A stretch of 64,000 bases of DNA from Candidatus Omnitrophota bacterium (GTDB lineage Bacteria > Ratteibacteria > UBA8468 > MWAK01). The notes under the pieces are model-generated. The model ran no database searches, was not told the origin of the DNA, and saw only the letters and a program-made list of their open reading frames with translations. Below, piece by piece: positions 47,096 through 56,367 of this stretch; positions within the stretch are counted from its first letter, which is position 1; each line of letters begins with the position of its first letter. The stretch is taken from the NCBI GenBank assembly GCA_043826355.1, contig JBDRQI010000004.1, forward strand, positions 46,195 to 110,194. The letters run 5' to 3'. Made by a program: the position numbers and the translations under genes.

Positions 47096-48076
47096 TTATA
47101 TTCGTTCCTCGGTAGCAAGGCCGGCCAGGACGGCGCAGAAAGGGACCAGGTTTTTCCCCCGTTCTGTTTGCAGGCCATCGTCATTCAAGAGCGGATAAGG
47201 CTTCAGTTCCAACAGCATCTTTTCTCCGATAAATTCCGGCAAGAAAGGAATCTGACTGCCGCCGCCGGTTAATACCAATTTCTTAACCTTAGTTTCCATG
47301 GTCTGCTGGCAATAACTGGTCGTCTTTTCCAGTTCATCTGACAGGGTTTTTGTGATTTTATCAAGAGCATTCGGAAAGGTAATTAAGGAATATTTTCTTT
47401 CTTCCAGCATCTCCAGGACGGTTGGAGCGTCGAAGTTGTTGGTAGACGTTATTTCGGCGATTATTTTTTCGTTTCCCCAGGGGATATCCCGGATAAAAAG
47501 AAGTTTGTCTTTTTCAACTACGGCCAGGTTGCTTCTCCGGTGTCCAATGTTAAGAAGCAGGGTTGTTTCGGAATCGCTTCCGTTGTTGGCAAGGTATCCG
47601 TTTGCCAGCGCAATACTATCAACGGTTAGTCCGGCCGGCTTGAGCCCCGTTGATTTAAGTAAAGAAATTCTTTCGTTACTTAAAATCTGCGGGGCGGCGA
47701 CAAAGAGAATTCCCCTTTTTTCATTTTTTTGGCCAAGAAGAGAGAAATCGGAATCCATTTGGGAAAGGTCTTCTCCGAGAACCTGCTCTGCTTCAATTCT
47801 AATTGCCCCAATCAATTCTTTGCCGGTCAAACCGGGAAGGGACAGGTATTGCATGTTTATTTCCGGCCCGGAAATAGAAGAAAAAGCCGGTTTTTGGTCC
47901 AGGCGGTGTTTAGCGACCCAACCGGAAATCAGGGCGGCTATTTCATCCGTTTCAATAGGCCGCCGGGCAAATTCAATTGCCTTCAATTTTCCTTTGCCAT
48001 CAACAAACCCTAATTTTACGTAGCGGCTGCCGATATCTACGACTACGGTGGCCTGGTTGCCTTTTTTTCGTTTCAT
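47096..48076 (-). CDS. pilM: PilM actin-like pilus assembly protein
   Basis: VDIGSRYVK, LLNIG, LTGGGS, LAGLA; start set to ATG 48076. Confidence 0.85.
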   Translation of the reverse strand: MKRKKGNQATVVVDIGSRYVKLGFVDGKGKLKAIEFARRPIETDEIAALISGWVAKHRLDQKPAFSSISGPEINMQYLSLPGLTGKELIGAIRIEAEQVLGEDLSQMDSDFSLLGQKNEKRGILFVAAPQILSNERISLLKSTGLKPAGLTVDSIALANGYLANNGSDSETTLLLNIGHRRSNLAVVEKDKLLFIRDIPWGNEKIIAEITSTNNFDAPTVLEMLEERKYSLITFPNALDKITKTLSDELEKTTSYCQQTMETKVKKLVLTGGGSQIPFLPEFIGEKMLLELKPYPLLNDDGLQTERGKNLVPFCAVLAGLATEERI

Positions 48077-48148
48077 TGTTTTAAAGTTTACACCATACAA
48101 TATATTGATGTCAAGAAAAACCTTTTTTACTTTTCGGCTCAAAATCAA

Positions 48149-49522
48149 TCATTTTATTTTCCAGTCAGGTTTTGTCCACTGCGCCGTGCCTCCTTCTCCT
48201 TGCCCCACCGGGTTTTTGCCTAAGACGAAAACGGTGGTATAGCCAGAATTTGTGCCATAAACCCAATCCCCGTCAGGACTAACCACGACATCTTGGGGCG
48301 CAGTCCCCGGGGCGATGCTGATTGGCGAAGGAGGGGTCATAATTGTATTATCTAAGGTCTGGATAATGGAAACATCGTTGGAGCCGTGATTTGTCACATA
48401 CACATATTTTCCGTCTGGGGTAATCGCGGCGGCGACGGGTGCGTCCCCCGGGGCTACGCTGATTGTTTTCATGACCGTATTGTTTGATGTCCTGATAACC
48501 GAAACGCTGTCGCTGTTTGTATTGACAACATACACATAATTCCCGTCAGGGGTAACCTTTAAATCTTGCGGTGAGTTACCGACGTTGATTGTTTTTATGA
48601 CCGTATTATCGGATGTCCTGATAACCGAAACGCTGTTTCCGCTCGCATTTGCAGCATAGACATAGTTTCCGTTAGGATTAGCCGCTATCGCGTGGGTGCC
48701 GTTCCTGGTTCCGATTGTTTTTATAACCTTATTATCGGATGTCCTGATAACGGAAACACTGTTGGAATCGTAATTTGTCACATATACACGACCCCCGTCA
48801 GGGGTAATCGCTAAATTGGTCGGTGAATTCCCGACGTTTATTGTTTTTATGACCGTATTATCGGATGTCCTGATAACCGAAACCTTATCAGTGCCCCTGT
48901 TTGCAATATACATATATGCATAATTCCCGTCAGGGGGGGAGAAGACCATGCCTCCGGGGCCTTGCCCGACCGTAATTATTTTTATGATTTCCTGAGAGGT
49001 TCTTTCGATAACCGAAACGGTGGTACCCGTTCCCCAGCCGCCGGGGCCTGAAAAATGTCCGACGTACAAATAAGTCCCGTCAGGGTCAGGGGTAACCGCG
49101 ATGGTGCCAGGGTAAGGGCTGAGAGGAATTTGGGGCTCGTAAGTATCGGGATAAACCGGAAAATCAGAAGGGGCGGAAATCACGAGTTGAACTCTTTCTG
49201 CCGCTGACGGATGTCCGTTGACCGTGCCGGTTGAGATAAATGTAATCGTATCGGTTCCTGTTTTGTCAATATGGAAATAGCCGGTTCCGAGCGCAAATTG
49301 GTTGTTGGGGTCAGGATCCCAGGAGCTGCCTTTAAAACGCGCATAGTCAATACCCGCCTCCGCCAGATAGAACGCCTGTTCCCGGAACAACCTCTTGTTG
49401 GCTTCAATCCGATCCAGGGAACCGAGCAGAAGAATTCCGCTGCCGACAATCATCGCGATAATCATATAGATAATGACCATCGGTAGGAGGTATCCCCTTT
49501 TACTGTTACAAAAAGGATTCAT
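48149..49522 (-). CDS. PilX-like minor pilin fused to YVTN/YncE-type beta-propeller
   Basis: KRG|YLLPMV pilin-like N-terminus, QAFYLAEAG; 42-aa repeats SVSVIRTSDNTVIKTINVGNSP..PDG..VYVTN. Confidence 0.85.
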   Translation of the reverse strand: MNPFCNSKRGYLLPMVIIYMIIAMIVGSGILLLGSLDRIEANKRLFREQAFYLAEAGIDYARFKGSSWDPDPNNQFALGTGYFHIDKTGTDTITFISTGTVNGHPSAAERVQLVISAPSDFPVYPDTYEPQIPLSPYPGTIAVTPDPDGTYLYVGHFSGPGGWGTGTTVSVIERTSQEIIKIITVGQGPGGMVFSPPDGNYAYMYIANRGTDKVSVIRTSDNTVIKTINVGNSPTNLAITPDGGRVYVTNYDSNSVSVIRTSDNKVIKTIGTRNGTHAIAANPNGNYVYAANASGNSVSVIRTSDNTVIKTINVGNSPQDLKVTPDGNYVYVVNTNSDSVSVIRTSNNTVMKTISVAPGDAPVAAAITPDGKYVYVTNHGSNDVSIIQTLDNTIMTPPSPISIAPGTAPQDVVVSPDGDWVYGTNSGYTTVFVLGKNPVGQGEGGTAQWTKPDWKIK

Positions 49523-49523
49523 A

Positions 49524-50024
49524 TTATCCTCCCCCTGCGTTTCTCAGGTAAACCAGAAAAATATTGCTTATTGGGTTAAAATTGTTCGGCACAAGCACCT
49601 CAACTTTGACCCTGACGGTTCGAGTATCAACATTTGTAAATTCAAGTAAACTGCAAGTGTTTATGATTGTTTCCGAGACGTTTGGAGGGTATTTATCATA
49701 GTAGGTCAGCCGGTTGCCGGAAGCAAGGTAGAATTCTTTTGACCAACCGGTATTGCTGGCAATAATGGCTGTTCCCGACACTCCCAGCTCCCTTACTGCT
49801 CCGTTACGAACAGCATAAACAGTATCGGCGTTTGCTTCCTCGAGAATCCCTTTTATTTTGTAACTGGCGACATCAAGGTCTCTTTGCGAAGCCACTATCT
49901 CCTTGCCTGTTTTCCAATCCTTGAATGCGGCAACAATCAGGGTTTCGATGCCAAAGAGCGCTATTGCGCTCAGGATAATGGCAATTATTACCTCAACCAA
50001 CGTAAAACCTTTTTTCGCAGACAT
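49524..50024 (-). CDS. Minor pilin (PilW-like)
   Basis: KKG|FTLVE prepilin site. Confidence 0.85.
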   Translation of the reverse strand: MSAKKGFTLVEVIIAIILSAIALFGIETLIVAAFKDWKTGKEIVASQRDLDVASYKIKGILEEANADTVYAVRNGAVRELGVSGTAIIASNTGWSKEFYLASGNRLTYYDKYPPNVSETIINTCSLLEFTNVDTRTVRVKVEVLVPNNFNPISNIFLVYLRNAGGG

Positions 50025-50039
50025 ATAAAATATTTGTTA

Positions 50040-50414
50040 TTATTTGGGTGAAATATACGTTGTTAGAGAAACGGGAAAACTTCCCGGATTCCAGCCCATC
50101 TCCACCGTTACCTGTTTATAATCGGGACCGGCGCCTATATCTGTAATTGTTGTCTTTCTCGTAAAAATTTTTCCGGAAATATTCAGATTGTTTTCAATTG
50201 CGGGGCTGAGGAGCAGTTCCATATCGGAGTAATTCATGCTCTTTAACTGCTCTATCTTGTAAACAGCGCCCCAGGTCGCCAGGCGTTGACGGTTAGCGTA
50301 AGAAAGGTTATTGCGATTGAGGGAAAAAAAGGCTATGCCGCCGAGCAGGGATATAATTAGTATGATTGTGGCAATAATTACTTCCGCTAACGTAAAACCG
50401 GCCTTTTTGTGCAT
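50040..50414 (-). CDS. Minor pilin (PilV-like)
   Basis: KAG|FTLAE; KQVTVEMGW; start set to ATG 50414. Confidence 0.85.
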   Translation of the reverse strand: MHKKAGFTLAEVIIATIILIISLLGGIAFFSLNRNNLSYANRQRLATWGAVYKIEQLKSMNYSDMELLLSPAIENNLNISGKIFTRKTTITDIGAGPDYKQVTVEMGWNPGSFPVSLTTYISPK

Positions 50415-50493
50415 ACTTAACGTAGCGGTGGCATTTATGCCAAGTTTTGTTCGTGCGATAAATCGCACCGCTACAGGGTGCGCAAATACGATT

Positions 50494-50537
50494 ACGGCAC
50501 CAGAAGAGAGGCGTTACCGACTCTCTTCTGGTGCCGT
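50494..50537 (-). terminator. 17-bp perfect stem-loop just downstream of the major pilin gene
   Basis: acggcaccagaagagag-N10-ctctcttctggtgccgt; no clear U tract. Confidence 0.6.
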
Positions 50538-50543
50538 GTCCAC

Positions 50544-50981
50544 TTAGAATTCACTAATCACTCCATCCTGAGTTACTGTAGCAACAACAGTCGTTGTTGG
50601 CCAATACTTGAGCACTTTTGCCGTACCCGGCGCACCGTTGGTTGCGAGACTTGTGCAGGTGGCGGTGAATGTTGTCGTTCCGTTACCGGTAACGGTATAG
50701 GAATCGATGTCGAAGTAGTGAGCGTCTGTTGCGTCAATTCCCAGGACACTCTCGACTTGAGCGGAAGTAAGGTTGTTTGAGTAACCACCGTATTCTGACC
50801 GGTAGATTCTTTCTGCGGAACGGATTGCGCCCAAGGTTGCCACCGCTTCGGTCCGGATGGCTCTTTTGACGTTTGCCGTATAGAAAGGTATCGAGGCGGC
50901 AGCCAAGATTGCCACGATTATTACTACGACCATTAATTCCACCATCGTGAAACCATTTTTGTTCTTAAGTAAATTCTTCAT
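50544..50981 (-). CDS. Probable major type IV pilin
   Basis: KNG|FTMVELMVVVIIVAILAA; strong RBS; candidate own promoter TTGAAT-N18-TATAAT at 51017-51046. Confidence 0.85.
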   Translation of the reverse strand: MKNLLKNKNGFTMVELMVVVIIVAILAAASIPFYTANVKRAIRTEAVATLGAIRSAERIYRSEYGGYSNNLTSAQVESVLGIDATDAHYFDIDSYTVTGNGTTTFTATCTSLATNGAPGTAKVLKYWPTTTVVATVTQDGVISEF

Positions 50982-51050
50982 AGAATTTTTTCACCCCCTT
51001 TTTGATGTTGCTTATTATTATATCTTAAATTTGCAACAAAATTCAAGTAT

Positions 51051-52271
51051 TTACATATTTACTGACCCGGACAACTTGAATATCGGCAGATACAGGGCGA
51101 TGACCACAAACCCGACGATTACGCCCAGCCCAAGGAGCATTGCCGGTTCCAGCGTGGTAGTGAGCATCTTGGTTCTAGCCATGGCTTCGTCCCGGTAGAA
51201 TCGGTTGATCCGGCTGAACATCTCGCTCAGTTTACCGGTTTCTTCTCCCACGGAAACCATCCGTGTCAATAGCGGGGGGAAGATGGGTTCTTTGCGCATT
51301 TCCGCCGAGATGGTGCCGCCGCTTTCTACACCGTTTTTTATTTTATCGGAAGCATCTTCAATCAGGCTGTTTCCGGAGACCGTGCCGACTATCCCCAGGC
51401 ATTTTATCACCGGAACTCCGCTGGAAATAAGCGCCGCGAAAGTCTGGCAAAAATAGGAAAGAGCAATCAAACGGAAGGTTTCACCAAGCACCGGCAGGCG
51501 TAATTTACGCCGGTCGAAAAACCTCCGGCCGTTCCGGGTCCTATTGTAACGGTAGCAGGTAACCGCAACAGCGAAAAAAATTAAAACAAGCCAAATAAAG
51601 TTTTTTATGATAATATTGCTGGTATCCATGACGAACCTGGTTAGAGGAGGAAGCACTACATCAAAACTGGCAAACAATTCTGTGAATTTGGGTATCAGGA
51701 ATAGAACGATAAAACAGAGGGCAAAAATAAAAAAGCCCAGTATGAAAGCAGGGTAAGTGGTGGCTGTTTTTACCTCGCGCTGAAGGGCTATTTTATCTTC
51801 CAGGTGGACGGAGATTTGCTCTAAAACCGCGGAAAGGTTTCCGCCTTCTTCGCCGGATTTAATCATGGCGGTGATGATGCTGGGGAAGAGCCGGGGGTGT
51901 TTAGCCAGGGTTTGGGAAAAGGAGTTTCCTTTTTCAATGTCGGTTCTCATGCCGTTCACAATTCCGGAAAAATTGACGTTTTTTATCTGGGACGCCAATT
52001 CTCTCAACGAATCGGTGATAGATACGCCGGCGCCGACCATGGTCGCCAACTGCCGGAAAAAGAAAGAAATTTCAGACAGTCTAATCTTTCCGGTTCCGGC
52101 CATTTTCATCTGTATCCGTATTTTTGGTTTGATTTCCCGAGCAGAGAGGACAACCATCCGCTGTTTTTTCAGGGCGGCGACCAGCGTGTTGAGAGAGGCG
52201 GAATCCAGGGTTCCCTTAACCTTTTCTCCGTTTTCATTCCGGGCAAAATAGGTAAATTTAGCCATAATCAA
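51051..52271 (-). CDS. pilC: PilC/GspF inner-membrane platform protein
   Basis: FRQLATMV, GEEGGNL, YPAF, VGEETGKL, LEP, ALYLPIF. Confidence 0.93.
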   Translation of the reverse strand: MIMAKFTYFARNENGEKVKGTLDSASLNTLVAALKKQRMVVLSAREIKPKIRIQMKMAGTGKIRLSEISFFFRQLATMVGAGVSITDSLRELASQIKNVNFSGIVNGMRTDIEKGNSFSQTLAKHPRLFPSIITAMIKSGEEGGNLSAVLEQISVHLEDKIALQREVKTATTYPAFILGFFIFALCFIVLFLIPKFTELFASFDVVLPPLTRFVMDTSNIIIKNFIWLVLIFFAVAVTCYRYNRTRNGRRFFDRRKLRLPVLGETFRLIALSYFCQTFAALISSGVPVIKCLGIVGTVSGNSLIEDASDKIKNGVESGGTISAEMRKEPIFPPLLTRMVSVGEETGKLSEMFSRINRFYRDEAMARTKMLTTTLEPAMLLGLGVIVGFVVIALYLPIFKLSGSVNM

Positions 52272-52289
52272 TAAGGATTATAATTCATT

Positions 52290-52467
52290 TGTCATTCTGA
52301 GCGCAAGCGAAGAATCTGACATACTTTGTCATCCTGAACGCACTCTGTGTCATTCTGAGTGAAACGAAGAATCCCGTTTTAACTACGAGATCCTTCGCGA
52401 CTTCGGCTCAGGATGACAAAGCATTGTTTTACTCAGGATGACAGAGTGTTTAACGGCTCAGGATAAC
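52290..52467. repeat. TGTCATCCTGA palindrome cluster
   Basis: Near copy of cluster at 43093-43213. Confidence 0.85.
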
Positions 52468-52484
52468 ACCATAAAAACATTAAA

Positions 52485-53549
52485 CTACGTTTTTCTGCTA
52501 ATTAATTCTTCTAATTCTTTTGAATTAGAACTGGCGTTGATGGCTGTCTCCAAACTTATCTCTTTCTTCCGGTAGAGGCGGAAAAGGGAGCGGTTCATCG
52601 TTTCCATCCCAAGGTCCAAACCCATCTGCAGGTGGGAGATAATCTCCTGCGGTTTGTTTTCCCTAATTAGATTCCTGATAGCCGGAGTTACTACCATGAT
52701 TTCGGTTGCCAGCACCCTCCCTTTTCCGCCCGTTCTGGGGAGAAGTTGCTGGGCGATTACGCCGTAGAGTGTGAGGGAGAGTTGAACTCTTGTTTGTTGC
52801 TGCTGGTTGGTCGGGAAGATATCAATGATGCGGTTGATGGATTCTATTGCCTCCCCGCAATGTAGCGTGGAGAGAACCAGGTGGCCGGTTTCAGCCAGTT
52901 TTAAAGCGGAAGAGACCGTTTCCAGGTCCCGCATTTCACCGACCAGGACTACGTCCGGGTCTTCGCGGAGCGTGTGTTTCAGAGCTTCGTTGAAAGAAAG
53001 GGTATCTCCGCCTAACTCCCGCTGGTTGACGATTGACTTTTTATGTTTGAACAGATATTCAATCGGGTCCTCAACCGTAATGATATGGCATCTTCGGTTT
53101 TCGTTGATTTGGTTAACCATGGCGGCCAGGGTGGTCGATTTTCCGCTGCCGGTAGCCCCGGTTGCCAGGATGAAACCCCGGGAGAGGGAACAGAATTTTT
53201 GCATTATCGGGACCGGCAGGCCCAACTGCTGGAAGGTTGGGGTTTCGGTAAGGATGAGACGGAAGGCGCCGCTGACTGAACTTCTCTGAAAGTAGTAATT
53301 GACCCGGAACCGTCCTATTCCGTGAATTCCATAGGAAAAGTCAAGTTCCTTAAAATTTTCAAACCGGGTCTTCTGCTCTTCGGTCAGGATGGAGTAGCAC
53401 AGGTCTTGGCAGGATTCCGCAGTCAGGGCAGGGGTTTCCATAAAGACCAACTCTCCGTCGATGCGCAGGCAGGGAGGAATGTTGGGAGAAAGGTGCAGGT
53501 CGGAGGCATTTCTTTCGGCCGCCAACGTCAGGAGTTCATTGATTTTCAT
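52485..53549 (-). CDS. pilT: Pilus retraction ATPase PilT
   Basis: ASDLHL, GATGSGKSTT, EDPIE, LREDPD, GEMRD, AIRNLIRE. Confidence 0.95.
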   Translation of the reverse strand: MKINELLTLAAERNASDLHLSPNIPPCLRIDGELVFMETPALTAESCQDLCYSILTEEQKTRFENFKELDFSYGIHGIGRFRVNYYFQRSSVSGAFRLILTETPTFQQLGLPVPIMQKFCSLSRGFILATGATGSGKSTTLAAMVNQINENRRCHIITVEDPIEYLFKHKKSIVNQRELGGDTLSFNEALKHTLREDPDVVLVGEMRDLETVSSALKLAETGHLVLSTLHCGEAIESINRIIDIFPTNQQQQTRVQLSLTLYGVIAQQLLPRTGGKGRVLATEIMVVTPAIRNLIRENKPQEIISHLQMGLDLGMETMNRSLFRLYRKKEISLETAINASSNSKELEELISRKT

Positions 53550-55198
53550 TATGGGTTTTCAACGATTCCAAGGACTTCTTCCAGGGAGGTGATGCCTTCA
53601 GCCGTTTTACTCAGGGCGACATCAAAGAGACTCTTCATGCCTTCTTTTTTCGCTTCTTCCTGCCAGGTCCCGTAACTTGTTTTTTGAGTAAACAGTTCTT
53701 TCAGTCGGCGAGTTATTTCCAGGACTTCAAAAATTCCGATTCTTCCCCAGTACCCGGTTTCATTGCAAAAGCGGCACCCCTTGGCCTGGTAAATTTCGGT
53801 TTTAGCCGGCAGGAGATTTGAATAAGGCGCAGGTTCTTTACATTCCGGGCAGAGTTTCCGGATGAGGCGCTGGGCGACGACCAGATGCAGGGAAGGAGCC
53901 AATAGGTATGGCGCCACGCCCATGTCAATTAGCCGGGTAATGGTGGAGACGCTGTCATTGGTATGGATAGTGGAAAAAACCAGGTGACCGGTGAGCGCGG
54001 CCCGGATTGCGATTTCGGCGGTTTCAAAATCCCGTATTTCGCCGACCATGATAATATTGGGGTCCTGGCGAAGGACATGGCGCAGGTAGTTGGCGAAAGT
54101 CAGACCGATTTCCGGCCTGACCTGGGCCTGGTTGATTCCTTCCAGCCGGTATTCCACCGGGTCTTCCAGAGTGACGATGTTTACTCTGGGGTTGTTGAGG
54201 TGGGAAAGGGCGGCGTAAAGGGTGGTTGTTTTTCCGGAGCCGGTAGGCCCGGTAATCAGAATAATGCCGTAAGGTTTTTTGAGGGCGGACTGGAATTTTT
54301 CTCTTTGTTCCTTTTCCATTCCTAATTCCTGAAGGTTCGGGACCAGGCTGGAACGGTCCAGGACGCGAATGACAACCTTTTCGCCAAAGACCGTGGGAAA
54401 GGTGGAGATGCGCAGGTCAAGAATTTTTTTTCCGATTTTAACTTCGCACCGGCCGTCCTGTGGGCGTCTTCTTTCGGCAATGTCAAGATTAGACAGAATC
54501 TTTATCCGACTGACGATTCCCGGGAACATCGTAACCGGGGGCGGGGATGCGGAGTTAAGTATTCCGTCGATTCGAAACCGCAGCGAACAGGTCTTTTCCA
54601 TCGGTTCCAGGTGAATGTCGGAAGCCCTTTTTTCGATGGCCTGCACTAAAAGAAGGTTGACGAATTTTATCACCGGCGGGTCATCGGCCTGGAAGGTAAT
54701 TTCAGATTTATCCGCTTCCTGGTCCAATCCTACGCTGGTCAGTTCCAGCGTCGGCGCTTCCATTTCGGTAAATCCGTAATAATTCTTTTCGATGGCTGCA
54801 AGAACTTCCTCGGATTTTCCCCTGACCGCTTTTATTTCGTAACCGGTAACGCTTTGAAGTTTATCAATAGCGGTAATGTCAAATGGGTCAGCCATGGCCA
54901 CTTTTAATATTTTTTCTTTCTGTTCGATGGCTATGGCCAAAAACCGCTTGGCCAGTCTTTCCGGGATTTTTTTGATTAATGCTGGCGGGATGCTAAGCTG
55001 GGACAGGGAAACGATTTCGATTTCATTTTGCAGGGCGAGGGCTTCGGTCATTTTTTCTTTGGTCAGAAGTCCCTTTAAAATCAGAATAGTGCCCAAGAGT
55101 TTTCCGGTCCGCTGCTGTTCCTCAACGGCCAGGTCTAAATCTTTTTGTTTGATCAGGTTTTGCCTGACCAAGATGTCTCCCAACTTTTCTTTATTCAT
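53549..55198 (-). CDS. pilB: Pilus extension ATPase PilB/GspE with MshEN-like N-terminus
   Basis: KLGDILV../LLGTIL.. repeats, ASDIH, GPTGSGKTTT, RQDPN, CPEC..GCRFC. Confidence 0.95.
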   Translation of the reverse strand: MNKEKLGDILVRQNLIKQKDLDLAVEEQQRTGKLLGTILILKGLLTKEKMTEALALQNEIEIVSLSQLSIPPALIKKIPERLAKRFLAIAIEQKEKILKVAMADPFDITAIDKLQSVTGYEIKAVRGKSEEVLAAIEKNYYGFTEMEAPTLELTSVGLDQEADKSEITFQADDPPVIKFVNLLLVQAIEKRASDIHLEPMEKTCSLRFRIDGILNSASPPPVTMFPGIVSRIKILSNLDIAERRRPQDGRCEVKIGKKILDLRISTFPTVFGEKVVIRVLDRSSLVPNLQELGMEKEQREKFQSALKKPYGIILITGPTGSGKTTTLYAALSHLNNPRVNIVTLEDPVEYRLEGINQAQVRPEIGLTFANYLRHVLRQDPNIIMVGEIRDFETAEIAIRAALTGHLVFSTIHTNDSVSTITRLIDMGVAPYLLAPSLHLVVAQRLIRKLCPECKEPAPYSNLLPAKTEIYQAKGCRFCNETGYWGRIGIFEVLEITRRLKELFTQKTSYGTWQEEAKKEGMKSLFDVALSKTAEGITSLEEVLGIVENP

Positions 55199-55233
55199 TA
55201 CCCTTCTTTTATACCATATTTTCAGTTTTCAGG

Positions 55234-55806
55234 TCAAATTTTACCGTTCTCCACTTCCTCCAGGAATATCTTCACCAGAAACTGGTCAAGGGTATTGTCA
55301 AGACCTTTCAGGATATTGGCTGATTCCGTGATGCTCGAAGCGGATTTATAAGGCCGGCCGGAAATCAGAGCCGAATAGGTGTCGGCGACAGCCAATATTT
55401 TTGAACCCAGCGGTATCTCGCCGTTTTTCCGGCCTTCCGGATAACCGCTTCCGTCCATCCGTTCGTGGTGGTAGAGGACCAGGGGCAATACGTCTTTCAG
55501 GGAAGTTATCTGGCCGATGATTTTGGCGCCTTCCTGCGGATGTGTTTTTATCTTTTCGTATTCTTCCGGAGAAAGCCGGCCTGGTTTTTGGAGTATGGCG
55601 TCGGGGATAGCGATCTTCCCGGTGTCGTGCAGAAATCCGGCGAAACGAATCGTTTCCTGCTCTTTTTCGGTGAGTTTCAATTTTTTGGCTATTGACTGGC
55701 CGTAATCCATGACCAGCAGGGAATGAGACATTGTGTAGTGGTCTTTGCCGTCTATCACCATCAGCAAAGCATTGATTATCTCGAGAATGTCGTGTTTTTT
55801 AGCCAT
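55234..55806 (-). CDS. Stand-alone HD-GYP phosphodiesterase
   Basis: KDHYT..HS, LHDTGK, HHERMDGSGYP, AVAD. Confidence 0.92.
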   Translation of the reverse strand: MAKKHDILEIINALLMVIDGKDHYTMSHSLLVMDYGQSIAKKLKLTEKEQETIRFAGFLHDTGKIAIPDAILQKPGRLSPEEYEKIKTHPQEGAKIIGQITSLKDVLPLVLYHHERMDGSGYPEGRKNGEIPLGSKILAVADTYSALISGRPYKSASSITESANILKGLDNTLDQFLVKIFLEEVENGKI

Positions 55807-56158
55807 TTATTTTTTCGGAGACCAGCCGGCGGATTTCAAAGATGTCAAACGGTTTGTTCAGGCAAATAATTGCGCCCAGCCCTTGCGCTTGTTGAGTCAT
55901 TTCCGGCGACCCGTAGCCGGTAAGGATAATCACTTTTGCCTTCGGGTTTATTGCTTTAATCTTTTGCAGTACTTCAATCCCGTCCATTCCCGGCATCTTC
56001 AAGTCAAGGATTGTCAGGTCAGGGTGGTCCTTTTTGCTGATTTGAATCCCTTCTTCTCCGTTGCCGGCAATCAATACATCGTAGTTGTCTTTGAACAGAA
56101 TCCGCAGGGATTCGCGCGGGCCGATTTCGTCATCGATAACCAGGATTTTGTTTTTCAT
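55799..56158 (-). CDS. Single-domain response regulator
   Basis: VIDDE, ILDLKMP, ILTG, NKPF; 8-bp overlap with HD-GYP. Confidence 0.93.
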   Translation of the reverse strand: MKNKILVIDDEIGPRESLRILFKDNYDVLIAGNGEEGIQISKKDHPDLTILDLKMPGMDGIEVLQKIKAINPKAKVIILTGYGSPEMTQQAQGLGAIICLNKPFDIFEIRRLVSEKING

Positions 56159-56186
56159 TTCGCCTCCGTAAAACGTTTTTGTGTGA

Positions 56187-56335
56187 TGTCATTCTGAGCC
56201 GCTTTTGCGAAGAATCTGCCGCCCTTTGTCATTCTTGAGCGTCAGCGAAGAATCCAACGTAATTTGTCATCCTTGAGCGTTAGCGAAGGATCCAATCTTT
56301 AAAAAGCGAGATCCTTCGGTACCCTCAGGATGACA
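56187..56335. repeat. TGTCATTCTGA palindrome cluster
   Basis: Three left-type and one right-type motif copies. Confidence 0.8.
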
Positions 56336-56367
56336 ATCCATTTTTTCGTGCTTCCGTGGTATTCTTT

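Noticed and set aside
48400-48960. Diversity-generating retroelement template/variable repeats
   Set aside because: Repeats are in-frame propeller blades within one gene, differences are not adenine-specific, and no RT is nearby.
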